Assembly (NCBI GenBank): GCA_965198235.1
Contig: OZ240248.1
Span: 2,464,001-2,528,000, forward strand
Source of the DNA: Candidatus Poribacteria bacterium
Lineage (GTDB): Bacteria; Poribacteria; WGA-4E; WGA-3G
Length of the DNA: 64,000 nt
Direction of reading: 5' to 3'
Under the pieces are notes generated by a model. It was given only the letters and a program-made list of their open reading frames with translations, made no database searches and was not told the origin of the DNA. A program made the translations under genes and the position numbers. Positions 8,795 to 21,031 of this stretch are shown here, piece by piece (within the stretch, counting starts at the first letter, position 1; each line of letters starts with the position of its first letter).

Positions 8795-11662
8795 ATGAGA
8801 CAGACTGTTGCCGTTAAAGGCGCGAGAGAAAATAACCTACAAAACATTGAAGTTGAGATCCCACGGGAACAACTCGTCGTTGTCACGGGTATCAGCGGTT
8901 CCGGTAAATCTTCATTGGCGTTTGACACAGTCTATGCCGAGGGGCAACGTCGATTCTTGGAGTCGATGTCCACGTACGCCAAACGCTTTATCACACAACT
9001 CAAAAAACCCGATGTCGATTTTATTGATGGATTGTCCCCTGTCGTTTCTATTGAACAGAAAACGATCACGATGAATCCGCGCTCCACCGTCGGCACGATG
9101 ACCGATTTGCAAGACTACCTCCGTATGCTCTTCGCGACGATCGGTGTCGCCCACTGCCCTTATTGTGAAGGTGAAATCCCGATCCGTTCGCATCATCAGA
9201 TCTTAGAACGGATGCTCTCGATGCCGGAAGGCACCGAGGTTGAGATTCACGCCCCAGTCTTCAAAATCTATGGCGAAGATTATGACTATCTCTTCGACGA
9301 CATCCGGACGAAAGGGTGTAGACACGTCAGAATTGACGGTGTTGAACACGACATCAGCGAGGAAATTGAGCTTGATCCCGATCAGGAATATGATCTCCAA
9401 GTTATCGTTGACAAATTCTATATTAAAAAAGAGATTGACAAACAGGTGCTCGCCTCCCTTGAACACGCGATGCTCATCGGCGAAGGTTTCATGCGTTTTG
9501 ATGTGAAGTTCCCAGAGGATACCGAAGCTAACGCAATAGAATTATTGGAAGGCTTCGGATGCCCTAAGCACGGGGTACTCATGGCTGAACTCGGACCGCA
9601 TCACTTTACCTTTAACGAACCGACTGGGGCGTGTGTAACCTGTTCTGGTCTCGGTACCTACCTACAGGTGCATCCGAGCCTGCTTGTCCCTGACAAGAGT
9701 CGTAGTATTATCGAAGGGGCGTTCGTTCACCAAGCGTTTAACTATGATCCCGATAGGTGGGATGGCAGGACGATGTACAGTCTCGCCGGACATTACGGGT
9801 TCGACCTGAACGTTCCTTTTGCAGACCTTCCAGAGAAGGTCATTGATATCCTCTATCACGGCACACACGGCGAGGAATTTCCGATCCTGCAACCAGAAGA
9901 AGCACGACCCGTTGAAAGACGCCATCTCGGTCGGAAAATCCGTTTTGATGGGATCATCACCCGGATTGACAGGCACTATCGGCGTTACCGAAAACAGGGC
10001 GAGGCACACTCTGGAATGGAGGAGTATCTCCGAAAAGTAATGGTAGAGCGCACCTGTCCTGATTGTGACGGAGCCAAACTCAAGCGGCAGCGGCTTCTCG
10101 TTACTATTGACGGTCAAACAATTCACGAGGTCGGCGAGTTGCACTTTGAAGAATTACGGGATTTCTTGTTGACTATCACGGATATTCCGGAGAAGCAGCG
10201 GGAGGCAGGCAACCGTGTTATCAAAGAACTGGTCACTCGGATTAATCTCCTGCTCGGCATCGGATTGGATTACCTGAACCTCAATCGCCGTTCTGCGACA
10301 CTCTCTGGTGGTGAATCGCAGCGCATTCGTCTTTCCACACAGATCGGCTCTGGGTTGATGGGGATGCTCTATGTCCTTGACGAACCGAGTATCGGGTTAC
10401 ATCCAAAAGACAATGCCAAGATGATAGAGACCCTACGGAGGTTGCGGGACATCGGCAACACTGTTATTGTCGTTGAACACGATGAAAGCACAATTCGCGC
10501 CGCGGATCATATTATTGAACTCGGACCCGGACCAGGTATCCACGGTGGGCAGGTCGTCATTCAAGGTGAACTTGAGACAATTCTTGACTGCCCGGAATCT
10601 CTAACGGGTCTTTATATGAGTGGGCAGCGAGAGATCCGACTCCCCAAACAACGTCGGGACTTAAACGGGACGTTCTTGAGCATCATGGGTGCCAGCGAAA
10701 ACAACCTGAGGAATATTGACGTTGATATTCCGCTCGGTGTGTTTATCTGCATCACGGGTGCCTCTGGTTCTGGTAAGAGCACTCTCGTCAACGAGATTCT
10801 CTACAAGAGGCTTCATTCTCTCTACCACGACAGCCGTACGCTCTACGGCGCACACGACGAATTGGAAGGGCACCAGCACTTGAATGACGTTGTCAGCATC
10901 GATCAGTCCCCTATCGGACGTTCGCCGCGTTCCAATCCTGCCACCTACATCGGATTTTACGATAATATTCGCAAGCTTTTCGCGAGTACCCCACTCGCGC
11001 TCGCGAGGGGCTATACTGCCTCTCGGTTCAGTTTCAACGTCAAAGGCGGACGCTGTGAAGAGTGCCACGGCGAAGGTACGATCACCACCAAACTCCACTT
11101 TATGCCGGATGTTGAAGTCGTTTGTCCAACTTGTAAGGGGGCGCGCTATAATGAGGATACGCTTGATGTTACCTATAACGGAAGGAATATCTCCGAGATT
11201 CTTGATATGTCAATTGAGGAAGGCGTTGCGTTTTTCGCCGATCAGCGGTTGATTCATCATAAATTGAATGTCCTGTACCAACTCGGTATGGGGTATCTCC
11301 AGATTGGTCATCCTGCTACGATCCTCTCCGGTGGTGAAGCACAACGGATAAAGTTGGCAAGCGAGCTTGGCAAAATCAAGCGAAGTAAGCATAATCTGTA
11401 TATCTTAGATGAACCCACCACAGGACTCCACATCGCAGACGTGCAGAAACTCTTAGACAGTCTCAATCGTCTCGTCGATAGTGGACATACCGTTCTTGTG
11501 ATTGAGCATCACCTTGATGTTATCAAAACCGCCGATTATGTCATTGACCTCGGTCCAGAAGGTGGACATAAGGGTGGAGAGGTATTGGCGCGAGGCACCC
11601 CCGAAGAGATTGCGAAAATCAAAGCCTCTTACACTGGGCAATTCTTGAAGGAATACCTCTGA
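8795..11662 (+). CDS. uvrA: Excinuclease ABC subunit A
   Basis: GARENNL, two Walker A motifs ([16 protein letters not shown]), LSGGE signatures, CxxC zinc fingers. Confidence 0.95.
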   Translation: MRQTVAVKGARENNLQNIEVEIPREQLVVVTGISGSGKSSLAFDTVYAEGQRRFLESMSTYAKRFITQLKKPDVDFIDGLSPVVSIEQKTITMNPRSTVGTMTDLQDYLRMLFATIGVAHCPYCEGEIPIRSHHQILERMLSMPEGTEVEIHAPVFKIYGEDYDYLFDDIRTKGCRHVRIDGVEHDISEEIELDPDQEYDLQVIVDKFYIKKEIDKQVLASLEHAMLIGEGFMRFDVKFPEDTEANAIELLEGFGCPKHGVLMAELGPHHFTFNEPTGACVTCSGLGTYLQVHPSLLVPDKSRSIIEGAFVHQAFNYDPDRWDGRTMYSLAGHYGFDLNVPFADLPEKVIDILYHGTHGEEFPILQPEEARPVERRHLGRKIRFDGIITRIDRHYRRYRKQGEAHSGMEEYLRKVMVERTCPDCDGAKLKRQRLLVTIDGQTIHEVGELHFEELRDFLLTITDIPEKQREAGNRVIKELVTRINLLLGIGLDYLNLNRRSATLSGGESQRIRLSTQIGSGLMGMLYVLDEPSIGLHPKDNAKMIETLRRLRDIGNTVIVVEHDESTIRAADHIIELGPGPGIHGGQVVIQGELETILDCPESLTGLYMSGQREIRLPKQRRDLNGTFLSIMGASENNLRNIDVDIPLGVFICITGASGSGKSTLVNEILYKRLHSLYHDSRTLYGAHDELEGHQHLNDVVSIDQSPIGRSPRSNPATYIGFYDNIRKLFASTPLALARGYTASRFSFNVKGGRCEECHGEGTITTKLHFMPDVEVVCPTCKGARYNEDTLDVTYNGRNISEILDMSIEEGVAFFADQRLIHHKLNVLYQLGMGYLQIGHPATILSGGEAQRIKLASELGKIKRSKHNLYILDEPTTGLHIADVQKLLDSLNRLVDSGHTVLVIEHHLDVIKTADYVIDLGPEGGHKGGEVLARGTPEEIAKIKASYTGQFLKEYL

Positions 11663-11672
11663 TATTTTCCCC

Positions 11673-11701
11673 TTGCAAAATTAACCCAAATCGTGTATAC
11701 T
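11673..11701 (+). promoter_or_regulatory. Sigma-70 promoter upstream of pcrA
   Basis: TTGCAA-17bp-TATACT. Confidence 0.55.
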
Positions 11702-11794
11702 TTATGGAATGGAGTTGGGGACGATAACGCGCCACTTGCAAGTATATGTTACAAAGTGTGCTTTCCCCTAATACTATGAGGCAAGGGGTAAACA

Positions 11795-14023
11795 TTGACC
11801 GATAACCTATTAAGTTCCTTAAATGATGTTCAGCGCGAAGCAGTCCAACACACCGAAGGACCGCTCCTCATCTTATCGGGTGCCGGCAGTGGAAAAACGC
11901 GCGTCATCACACACCGTATTGCCTACCTACTCGAACATCACGATGTCTCTCCGTTCCGTATCCTTGCTGTAACTTTTACGAACAAAGCGGCAAAGGAGAT
12001 GAAGCAGCGGTTGGATGCGCTCGTGGAAGGCAGTGTTAGCCAAGACCTCTGGGTGGCAACTTTCCACGCGACCTGTGCTCGCATACTCCGCCGAGATATT
12101 GAGAAGTTAGGCTTTTTCGGGGTTACAGACCCCTCCCACGCGGGGTCTGAAAGTGTGTCCCGATCCACAGGTTACGCCTACACCCGCGACTTTACCATCT
12201 TCGATACAGGTGAGCAAGCCACGCTTGTCAAAGATGTACTTCGGCAGCTCAATTATAATGATAAGCAGTACAACCCGCGCGCTATCCTGAGCCACATCAG
12301 TCGTGCGAAAAACGAGTCTATATCACCGGAGACATACCAGAATATCGCGGATGGCTATTTTGAGCGAATCGTTGCGGAAGTCTATGCGCTTTATCAAAAG
12401 GCCTTGCGTCTCAACAACTCCCTTGATTTCGATGACTTGCTACTTTTCACGGTGAGACTATTAAATGAAAATTCCGAGATCCGCCAATTTTATCAGAACA
12501 AATTTGAATATATCCTCGTTGATGAGTATCAGGATACGAATCGATGTCAGTATGAGTTGGTGAATTTGTTGGTAACCGACACAAAGCAGAATATCTGTGT
12601 CGTTGGAGACGATGATCAATCCATTTACGCCTTCCGTGGCGCGGACATCAGGAACATCCTTGATTTTGAGCAGGGTTATCCGAACACGCGTGTCCTCCGT
12701 TTGGAGCAGAACTATCGTTCCACCCAAAACATTTTAGATGCCGCATGGGGGGTTGTACACAACAATAGGGCGCGAAAAGCGAAAAAACTCTGGACAAAAA
12801 ACGACATTGGTGAACTTGTTACCTGCTACGAGGCGATGGACGAAAACGACGAGGCGGGTTACGTGGGTACGCAAATTGAGGATTGGCATGCCGAAGGCGT
12901 AGATTACAAAGCCTTTGCTGTCTTTTACCGAACCAACGCCCAATCCCGAATCTTTGAGGAGGCATTTCACGCTGCGAACATCCCGTATCAGATTGTCGGG
13001 GGTGTCGGTTTCTATGATCGGATGGAGATTAAAGATATCCTTGCCTACCTCCGTGTGGTGTGCAATCCCAACGACTCCATGAGTGTTCGACGTATCATTA
13101 ACGTGCCAAGTCGCGGCATCGGTGCTACAACGCTTGACCGGCTCATCAATTTCGCAGCGCGTGAAGGGACTTCTCTCTTTGAGGCTATCCAGCGTGTCGA
13201 TGAAATCACCACGATTAACCGCGGTCTCCAGACGAAAGTGCGCCGCTTCGCCAAAATTTTTGATGATTTTGATTCAACTATGTTACCCACTGATGCACTT
13301 GACTATGTGCTGAAAGTAACCGGCTACCTTAAAAATTTAGAGGCTCAGAGGACGATTGAAGCACAGAATCGCGTTGAAAACATTGAGGAATTGATTAACG
13401 CCGTTATCGAATATGAACAGAACGTGCCCGAACCGACCCTTTCAGATTACTTGGAAAACGTGGCTCTCACTACTGATATAGATGCTATGGAGACCGACAC
13501 CACCGATATGGTTACATTGATGACCTTGCACAGTGCGAAAGGTTTGGAGTTTCCGTTTGTTTTTATCGTCGGTATGGAAGAGGGGTATCTACCGCATAAA
13601 CGCTCTATTGATGAGGCAACGGAAGCGGCAATAGAAGAAGAGCGTCGGCTTTGTTATGTCGGAATCACACGAGCTATGGAGCAACTTTATCTCTCGCATG
13701 CAAGTGAACGCAGAATGTTTCGAGAGACAGAGTATCGCGTTCAATCTCGTTTTATCTCTGAAATTCCGGAGCATCTCATCAAGCACGTTGATCGGTACCG
13801 ATCTCCGTTCCGACAATCAGCGAGCATGTATGAGGTCGTTTCCGAGGAAGATCCGGTAGATTACTACGTCGATCAGGTTGTTCATCATCCGCAATTCGGG
13901 AGAGGTAAGATAACGAAAGTCAGTGGAGCGGGGCAGGGGGTCTATGTCACCGTTCGTTTTGGTCGTGCTGGGACGAAGCAGTTCGCTGCTTCAGTCACAC
14001 CACTGCAAACAATATCTGAGTAA
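11795..14023 (+). CDS. pcrA: ATP-dependent DNA helicase PcrA/UvrD
   Basis: GAGSGKT, TFTNKAA, DEYQD, GDDDQSIYAFRGA, HSAKGLEF, EERRLCYVGITRA. Confidence 0.95.
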   Translation: MTDNLLSSLNDVQREAVQHTEGPLLILSGAGSGKTRVITHRIAYLLEHHDVSPFRILAVTFTNKAAKEMKQRLDALVEGSVSQDLWVATFHATCARILRRDIEKLGFFGVTDPSHAGSESVSRSTGYAYTRDFTIFDTGEQATLVKDVLRQLNYNDKQYNPRAILSHISRAKNESISPETYQNIADGYFERIVAEVYALYQKALRLNNSLDFDDLLLFTVRLLNENSEIRQFYQNKFEYILVDEYQDTNRCQYELVNLLVTDTKQNICVVGDDDQSIYAFRGADIRNILDFEQGYPNTRVLRLEQNYRSTQNILDAAWGVVHNNRARKAKKLWTKNDIGELVTCYEAMDENDEAGYVGTQIEDWHAEGVDYKAFAVFYRTNAQSRIFEEAFHAANIPYQIVGGVGFYDRMEIKDILAYLRVVCNPNDSMSVRRIINVPSRGIGATTLDRLINFAAREGTSLFEAIQRVDEITTINRGLQTKVRRFAKIFDDFDSTMLPTDALDYVLKVTGYLKNLEAQRTIEAQNRVENIEELINAVIEYEQNVPEPTLSDYLENVALTTDIDAMETDTTDMVTLMTLHSAKGLEFPFVFIVGMEEGYLPHKRSIDEATEAAIEEERRLCYVGITRAMEQLYLSHASERRMFRETEYRVQSRFISEIPEHLIKHVDRYRSPFRQSASMYEVVSEEDPVDYYVDQVVHHPQFGRGKITKVSGAGQGVYVTVRFGRAGTKQFAASVTPLQTISE

Positions 14024-14045
14024 TAAGAGGATAAAATACTAAAGA

Positions 14046-14366
14046 ATGGCAACGATTACTACCGAAGGTGTCCACCATGTCGCAAACTTGGCTCGCCTTG
14101 AATTTAATGAAGAAGAAACGGAGCACTTTACCGAGCAACTTACCCGAATTTTGGACTATATCGGGAAATTGAATGAACTCGAGACAGATGATGTGCCACC
14201 GACATCGCACATCCATCCACATCAAATTTTTATCATGGGTTCAGAAACTGAGGCATCACATGTCGCCAAGCCGGATGTTGTCAAACCCTCATATCCACGC
14301 GAAAAGGTACTCGCGAATGCTCCTGAAACTGAAGAGGGATATTTCGGCGTTCCCAGAGTTTTTTAA
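14046..14366 (+). CDS. gatC: Asp/Glu-tRNA amidotransferase subunit C
   Basis: VHHVANLARLE...L.NAP...YFGVPRV; directly upstream of gatA. Confidence 0.9.
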   Translation: MATITTEGVHHVANLARLEFNEEETEHFTEQLTRILDYIGKLNELETDDVPPTSHIHPHQIFIMGSETEASHVAKPDVVKPSYPREKVLANAPETEEGYFGVPRVF

Positions 14367-14477
14367 ATAATTGGCCTTTGCGCTGCCCTCCATTACATTA
14401 CGGGCAGGTTTTTGGTCAATTCCAAGCGGATCTGTTGCCAGAACGCTGTTTGAAGATTCGGAAACCACCGTGGAACC

Positions 14478-14504
14478 GTAGGGGCTGGGTTACCCAGCCC
14501 CTAC
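14478..14504. repeat. GTAG REP-like palindrome
   Basis: GTAGGGGCTGGGT-T-ACCCAGCCCCTAC. Confidence 0.75.
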
Positions 14505-14533
14505 AGAACGGTGACCAGATTGAATAGTTAAAA

Positions 14534-15997
14534 ATGCTTTATGAATTGACAGCACATGTCCTGCATGAAAAACTCAAAGCGCGTGAGATTACTGCTGTGG
14601 AACTCACCGAATCTGTCTATGCGCGTATCGCTGAGGTGGAGCCTCACGTCAAGGGTTACCTGACGCTAACAAAAGAGCTTGCCTTGGAACAGGCGAGTCG
14701 TGCCGATGCTGGATTTCAGAACGGAGACGATATGCCTGCCCTGGCTGGTATTCCAATTGCAATTAAAGATGTGATATGCACTCAGGGTGTCCGCACGACG
14801 TGTGCCTCTAAGATCCTTGAGACCTTCGTGCCACCCTACAACGCGACCGTCATGACGAAACTCCATGAACAAGGTATTGTTATGCTCGGTAAGACGAACA
14901 TGGATGAGTTTGCCATGGGGTCCTCTACTGAAAACTCGGCATATCAGATTACACACAATCCGTGGGATTTGGACACTATCCCCGGTGGTTCCAGCGGTGG
15001 TTCTGCCGCTGTTGTATCTGCGGATACTGCTATCTGTTCGCTGGGTTCGGATACTGGCGGTTCGATCCGCCAACCTGCGGCACTCTGTGGTGTTGTCGGA
15101 ATGAAGCCGACGTATGGACGTGTCTCTCGTTACGGGTTAGTTGCATTCGCCTCCTCACTCGATCAGATCGGTCCGTTTACCAAAGATGTCACCGATTCTG
15201 CCCTGCTACTCAACGCCATCTGTGGGAGTGACGCGATGGATGCCACCTCCGTTGATGTCCCCGTGCCTGATTTCACGCAGCGTCTCATTAACGACGTGAA
15301 AGGCTTGAAAATCGGTATTCCGAAAGAGTATTTCACAGCAGCGTTAGACCCAGAAATTGCCGATCGGGTGCACACTGCCATCGCTGTTCTTGAATCCGTC
15401 GGCGCGACGGTTGAGGAAATTTCTTTGCCACATACGGAATATGCCATTGCGACGTACTACATTATCGCTCCCGCTGAGGCGAGTGCAAACCTTGCGAGGT
15501 ACGATGGAGTCCGTTACGGTTACCGGAACGAAAGTCCGGAGAATCTGATTGATATGTATAAAAGGACGCGGAGTGAAGGGTTCGGTGAGGAAGTGAAGCG
15601 CCGTATTATGATTGGCACCTTCGCATTGAGTGCTGGCTACCAAGACGCATATTATCGAAAGGCACAAAAAGTCCGGACACTCATCAAATCTGATTTTGAT
15701 GCCGCATTTGAGAAAGTTGACGTTATTGCAACGCCTACTTCGCCTACACCGGCATTCAAAATAGGCGAACGGACCGCTGATCCGTTGCAAATGTATCTTT
15801 CCGATGTGATGACAACACCCGCGAGTCACGCTGGGTTACCCGGTATATCTGTACCGTGCGGTTTTGTAGAAAACGGGTTGCCGGTCGGATTACAACTGCT
15901 CGGTGCGCCTTTTGCAGAGGAAAAGGTCCTGCGGGTTGCTTATACCTTTGAGCAGAACACTGAGCACCATCGGCAGAAACCACAAATCGGATTTTAA
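14534..15997 (+). CDS. gatA: Asp/Glu-tRNA amidotransferase subunit A
   Basis: Amidase signature [10 protein letters not shown]...[12 protein letters not shown]; [13 protein letters not shown]. Confidence 0.97.
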   Translation: MLYELTAHVLHEKLKAREITAVELTESVYARIAEVEPHVKGYLTLTKELALEQASRADAGFQNGDDMPALAGIPIAIKDVICTQGVRTTCASKILETFVPPYNATVMTKLHEQGIVMLGKTNMDEFAMGSSTENSAYQITHNPWDLDTIPGGSSGGSAAVVSADTAICSLGSDTGGSIRQPAALCGVVGMKPTYGRVSRYGLVAFASSLDQIGPFTKDVTDSALLLNAICGSDAMDATSVDVPVPDFTQRLINDVKGLKIGIPKEYFTAALDPEIADRVHTAIAVLESVGATVEEISLPHTEYAIATYYIIAPAEASANLARYDGVRYGYRNESPENLIDMYKRTRSEGFGEEVKRRIMIGTFALSAGYQDAYYRKAQKVRTLIKSDFDAAFEKVDVIATPTSPTPAFKIGERTADPLQMYLSDVMTTPASHAGLPGISVPCGFVENGLPVGLQLLGAPFAEEKVLRVAYTFEQNTEHHRQKPQIGF

Positions 15998-16171
15998 ACT
16001 ATCTCATCTGGGCACCGTTCCACTTCGTTTCGCGGTGGTTCTCAATTAATCCCAACTGTCTCTGGGTGACGAGGGATTTCTTACCGGAAACCTTAGAGAG
16101 GTTCAGACCTCATCAAAAACCACTGCGGAATGTAATGGAGCAGTGACCCGATTGAATCGTTAAAAAATTTC

Positions 16172-16657
16172 ATGATGAACACTTTAGTTGCTCCGTTCGG
16201 CGGACTTCTCGGTGCGATGATAGGCGGCGTGCTTTGGGCAAAGTATATCCAGTGGACAGGACGTACTGCTGGCTTCATCGCTATCGGTATCGGTGTATTG
16301 GCTGGGGTAGGAATACTCCTCACGAGCAGCCGATGCCTCGCACGTGATGCGAGAACAATGTGGCGTGTTGTCAGTGCTGCCGCTGCGTTTTTCGCGATAC
16401 TCGGTATTTTTATCGGAAAATATCTGGATGTTCAGTGGAATGCGGTTGCACACATCGCGGAGCAACTCAGCCAAGAGCATAATATATCAATAGAGCAAGC
16501 CATGCCGACCGCGACAACTGTGTTTAAGGGACAGTCTGTGTGGGAACTGATGAGGGCACGGATGAGTGGCATCTACGATCTGCTTTATTGTGCTGCTGCA
16601 GCCTTTATCGCTTTTCGGATTCCAAGTATCCAAAGGCTAAGAGACTACTTTTATTAA
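16172..16657 (+). CDS. Hypothetical membrane protein
   Basis: About four Gly-rich hydrophobic segments. Confidence 0.65.
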   Translation: MMNTLVAPFGGLLGAMIGGVLWAKYIQWTGRTAGFIAIGIGVLAGVGILLTSSRCLARDARTMWRVVSAAAAFFAILGIFIGKYLDVQWNAVAHIAEQLSQEHNISIEQAMPTATTVFKGQSVWELMRARMSGIYDLLYCAAAAFIAFRIPSIQRLRDYFY

Positions 16658-16783
16658 CAAAAACTTGCGCAAATTTTCTAATTATTAAGTTTTCGCTCTG
16701 CCCTCCACTTCGTTTCGGGCAGATTTTCGCGAAGATCGTGAGTGGTTTAGTAACTTGTATGGGACGAAAGGAGAAAATAGAAA

Positions 16784-18230
16784 ATGGAACTTTTAACGGT
16801 ACGTTTTGGCTCGCGAACTTCGCCCAAAACCTGTTTTCACATCTTGTTATCAGTATTCCTTATCTGCGCGCTGCTACCACTTGGTTGGAGTTCGGAAGAG
16901 ACCGGAAAAACAGCTGATGATGAACTGGTGGAGAATCTCGCACTTTTCTCAGAGATCCTTGCTTATGTCAAACAAGCACATCTTGATACGCCGGATACTA
17001 AAGAGTTTATAGAGGGTGCTATCAATGGCGCGCTTCGCAAATTAGACCCATACAGTCAATACATTCCAGACTACGGTGACTTTCGCATCCAAAACCGTGG
17101 CAACTACGGTGGACTCGGGATGCTGATCGGGATTCGGGAGGATATGTTGACTGTGGTTACGCCTTTTAAGGATAGCCCGGCTGCATTGGCTGGTTTGCAA
17201 AGCGGAGATGTTATTAGCCATATTGAAGGTGAATCGACAGCTGTAATGACCCTGAACGAGGCGGTTGACCAGTTGCGTGGTGAACCGGGAACCCCAGTTT
17301 CTATTATGGTCGTGCGTCAGAACGATAACCGTCCGTCTGAGGTTACTGTCACGCGTGAAGTCATTCGGATTCCGAGCGTTGAGCAGAATCTTATTGGAGA
17401 TAAGATCGGCTATATCAAAATCAATCAATTTCTTGATACGACAGCGAACGACGTAGATAACGCCTTGATGGACTTCAAAGCGCAGAATGTCCGTGGTGTC
17501 ATTCTCGACCTCCGCTCGAATCCTGGAGGACTCCTCTCTTCAGCCGTTGATATCGCGAGCGATTTCCTCACACGCGATCAACTTGTTGTTTACAGTAAAG
17601 GAATTGAGATGCGTGAGGACTTCAAGGCGAAAGGGAAAAAAAGGGAGTACTTTCCCCTGATTGTACTCGTTGATGGTGGAAGCGCGAGTGCTTCTGAGAT
17701 CGTCGCTGGAGCCATCAGAGACCACGGACGGGGACTTGTCATGGGCGACAAGACCTTCGGGAAAGCATCCGTTCAACGCGTGTTTCCGCTTAGCAATTCA
17801 AAATCTGCTGTGAAATTAACCGTCGCGCGTTACTTTACGCCGAACGGGGTTGACATTGACAAAGTCGGTATTATCCCTGATGTTGAGTCCGCGTGGTTTA
17901 GCCGTTCTGAACGACAGATGCATCTGAAACTCCGTGATCACGAGACAGCTCAAAGCTTTCGTGGAAGAGAATGGCGACGATGTGTTAGCACAACTCGCAG
18001 CCGCTTCTCATGCGTCTCGTGATGACCGGCACGCTGCAAAACTCCTGCGGAGTTACCAACGCTTAAGCGATGCGCTGACTGAAGAACAGATTGTCCTCAG
18101 TGATATCGGCATTAAATACGCGCTTGCCCAGATTACAGAAAATTCTCGTGATGAACTGGAGCACGATCCGCAAGTCGTCGCCGCTATGGAACAATTGAAG
18201 GTGCTTGAACTCTTCGCGAAGGAAAACTAA
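16784..18230 (+). pseudogene. ctpA: S41 carboxyl-terminal processing peptidase with a frameshift near the 3' end
   Basis: PDZ domain, LDLRSNPGG, SASASEI, TFGKASVQ; removing one A at ~17945 joins ...RDHE to QLKAFVEENG...DPQVVAAMEQL. Confidence 0.8.
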
Positions 18231-18242
18231 GGAGGAAGTACG

Positions 18243-19742
18243 ATGGCTGATGTTAGTCTTCTTAAAAGCGGCTCGCAAGCAGTGTCGGGAGTACAAACGC
18301 CGCTACCGAACTACGTTAATAACACATGGCAAAATTCCGAGGCAACTGAACTGCTCGACGTTACAAATCCAGCGACTGGGGAGGTCCTCACCCGAGTTCC
18401 GCTCTCACCCGCCGAAGAGGTACATCAAGCGGCTACAGCCGCCGCTGATGCGCTCCACGACTGGCGGCAGACACCACCCGTCCAACGTATTCAATACCTC
18501 TTCGCCTTGAAAAACCTTTTAGAGGAGAACTTGGAGGATATCGCCAGAACGATTACGCTGGAGTGTGGTAAGACGCTTGACGAGGCGAAGGGTGAAATGC
18601 GGCGTGCCATTGAGAATGTTGAGGTCGCCTGTGGTATTCCCACACTCATGCAAGGCACGAACTTGGAGGATATTGCTACCGGAATTGACGAATTTATGAT
18701 TCGTCAACCTGTGGGTGTATGTGCGGTAATCGCACCTTTCAACTTTCCGGGGATGATTACTTTCTGGTTTCTACCTTATGCCATTGCCTGTGGCAACACT
18801 TACATCGTGAAACCTTCCGAAAAAGTACCTATCACGATGCAAAAGGTGTTTCAGTTACTGGAACAGACGGGACTGCCTAAAGGTGTTGTCAACCTTGTGA
18901 ATGGTGGTAGAGAGACTGTGGATGCAATCTTAACGCATCCAGACATCCGAGGCATCAGTTTCGTCGGGGCGACTGCGACTGCTAAGGAAATCTATGCGAA
19001 AGCTGCTGCGAACGGCAAGCGAGCCCAGTGTCAAGGTGGTGCGAAAAATCCACTGATTATCCTTCCTGATGCTGATCCGCAGTTTACTGTCAATGCTACA
19101 GCCGAGAGTGCATTCGGATGTGCTGGACAGCGGTGCCTTGCGGCATCTCTCGCCTTTACTGTTGGTGAGGCACGTCACTGGTTCACAGAAGCCATCGCCG
19201 ACACCGCCACTGATCGGGTCGTCGGAAATGGATTGGAAGAAGGGGTCGAGATGGGACCCGTCATCACTTCCGAGAGCAGGAGCCGAATTGAGGGGCTTAT
19301 TCAAACGGGTGCTGATGAAGGCGCGCAACTCCTTGTTGATGGTAGGTATCCGAGCATCCGCGGCGGTGAAAACGGCAATTTTATTCGTCCGACAGTCCTC
19401 AATGACCTTAATCCACAAGGCGATATTGTCGGAACCGAAGTCTTCGGACCGGTTTTAGGGCTCATCCATGTTGAAACGATCGACGATGCAATCGGGCTCA
19501 TCAATAGCGGACGTTACGGCAACATGGCGTGTCTCTTTACGAGTAGTGGTGCATCTGCCCGTAAATTCCGTTATGAGGCAGAGATCGGTAATATCGGCAT
19601 TAACATCGGTGTCGCCGCACCGATGGCATTCTTCCCGTTCAGCGGTTGGAAAGATAGCTTCTTCGGTGACCTCCACGGTCAGAGTTGGGATGCTGTAGAT
19701 TTCTTCACCCAGAAGAAGGTCGTCGTTGAACGTTGGGCTTAA
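18243..19742 (+). CDS. mmsA: CoA-acylating methylmalonate-semialdehyde dehydrogenase (IolA/MmsA)
   Basis: [41 protein letters not shown]. Confidence 0.92.
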   Translation: MADVSLLKSGSQAVSGVQTPLPNYVNNTWQNSEATELLDVTNPATGEVLTRVPLSPAEEVHQAATAAADALHDWRQTPPVQRIQYLFALKNLLEENLEDIARTITLECGKTLDEAKGEMRRAIENVEVACGIPTLMQGTNLEDIATGIDEFMIRQPVGVCAVIAPFNFPGMITFWFLPYAIACGNTYIVKPSEKVPITMQKVFQLLEQTGLPKGVVNLVNGGRETVDAILTHPDIRGISFVGATATAKEIYAKAAANGKRAQCQGGAKNPLIILPDADPQFTVNATAESAFGCAGQRCLAASLAFTVGEARHWFTEAIADTATDRVVGNGLEEGVEMGPVITSESRSRIEGLIQTGADEGAQLLVDGRYPSIRGGENGNFIRPTVLNDLNPQGDIVGTEVFGPVLGLIHVETIDDAIGLINSGRYGNMACLFTSSGASARKFRYEAEIGNIGINIGVAAPMAFFPFSGWKDSFFGDLHGQSWDAVDFFTQKKVVVERWA

Positions 19743-19757
19743 CTTTCACATTCCTTT

Positions 19758-19844
19758 GCTGGCGAGGTTTCTAACCTCGCCGATTTTCTCCGATAAGGTA
19801 GGTGCGGTTTCCTTGGGAAAACACCCTATCAAAAACACCGCACC
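19758..19844 (+). repeat. Two REP-like hairpins, the second with a 25-nt loop insert
   Basis: GCTGGCGAGGTTTCTAACCTCGCC and GTAGGTGCGGTTTC[CTTGGGAAAACACCCTATCAAAAAC]ACCGCACC. Confidence 0.65.
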
Positions 19845-19962
19845 GGCAAGCCTCGTTACCCAATTACCCAATCGGTTTTTGTCTTCATCAGATCTCGCTT
19901 ATCTATGTGCAAAAAAAGAGGCCGGGCGAATATGCCCGACCCAAGTTGACTGTGAATGAATC

Positions 19963-20466
19963 TTAACGGTGCCTACGGGACTCTCGCTGACTACGGCGGG
20001 ATTCGTTGACGCGTTTCCGTGCTTCTGTGCGCCGTTTCTTCGTCAGTTCCGTCAGTTTCGTCATCTGTTCTTCCGTCAAGATCTCTTTGAGGCTCGCGTT
20101 GAATTTTGTCTTCGTTTCCTTGATGTTCTCACGTAGTTTCTTCACGGCAGCCCGCTTCTCATCGGATTTACGTGCCTCCTTAATCTGTGTCTGGAGCGTT
20201 TCACGGGTTTTCTGATAAATCGGATGTGCCTTCGCTAACGTCTCTGCGTCAAGTTTCACACCGAAAGTCAAATCTATCCAAGAGTTATTAAGAGCGGTTA
20301 CGGGGTTTACCATAGCTATCCTACCCTGATCGGTGCGGGCAGTGTCGTTGCGATATTGACGTTTACTCTGAACCTGTCGATGTGCTGCAGCCGTGTTTTC
20401 AAAAACGAACATTCCGACCATTGCGATTGCTGCGATTGCGCTAAGTACAAACCATTTCCTTTTCAT
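19963..20466 (-). CDS. Secreted basic helical protein (Spy/CpxP-like LTxxQ motif)
   Basis: Signal peptide MKRKWFVL...; ILTEEQ; AGGAG RBS before ATG 20466. Confidence 0.6.
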   Translation of the reverse strand: MKRKWFVLSAIAAIAMVGMFVFENTAAAHRQVQSKRQYRNDTARTDQGRIAMVNPVTALNNSWIDLTFGVKLDAETLAKAHPIYQKTRETLQTQIKEARKSDEKRAAVKKLRENIKETKTKFNASLKEILTEEQMTKLTELTKKRRTEARKRVNESRRSQRESRRHR

Positions 20467-21031
20467 TTTTATGTCTCCTATTAGAATTGTGATTTTGTGA
20501 ATGCCCAATTATTTTTTTTGTGAGGGGCATTTCCTTTTTGGTTTTGCTTCTTTAGTCAGATCCGTTCAGAAAAGGTTCGTTTTTTTAAATTTATGGTGAG
20601 TTTTAGGAGCGTGTAAAACATTCTAAGGGGAACCAGATCTACCTCTCCCCCGCTGGCGAGGTTTCCTTGGGGAAATCCGCTATCAAAACACCTCGCCCAT
20701 CCAAGAAGATTTTATTATAACCCAAGTTGCCACCTAATAGTTAAACACAGTTTTTTTATGGAAAAGCGTCTCTTCACACCCCGTATGAAGATTAAGAATT
20801 TAAACGGGTAATTCTGGGACGTGTGATAAATGGTTTTCGGATGAAAAGCAGATCTGTTCGTAGTAGTGCGATTCATCGCACGTCGCGTAGCCACAATTAC
20901 CCAATTTATTTGTTAAACTTCATTAGGGGTGTTATATCTATAGCAAATCGGACATTTAAGGCACTGCACTCCAGCGGAGTGCTATGTGAATGAAAAAGTG
21001 ACTTTATGAAGTTTCAATTGGGAAAGTTGGT

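Noticed and set aside
11705-11770. Possible structured leader or riboswitch before pcrA
   Set aside because: Only weak GGGGA/TCCCC pairing; no recognisable RNA family
14209-14262. Extra residues in GatC (and similarly in RecX) as repeat insertions
   Set aside because: No clear match to the repeat families in this window; may be ordinary loop variation
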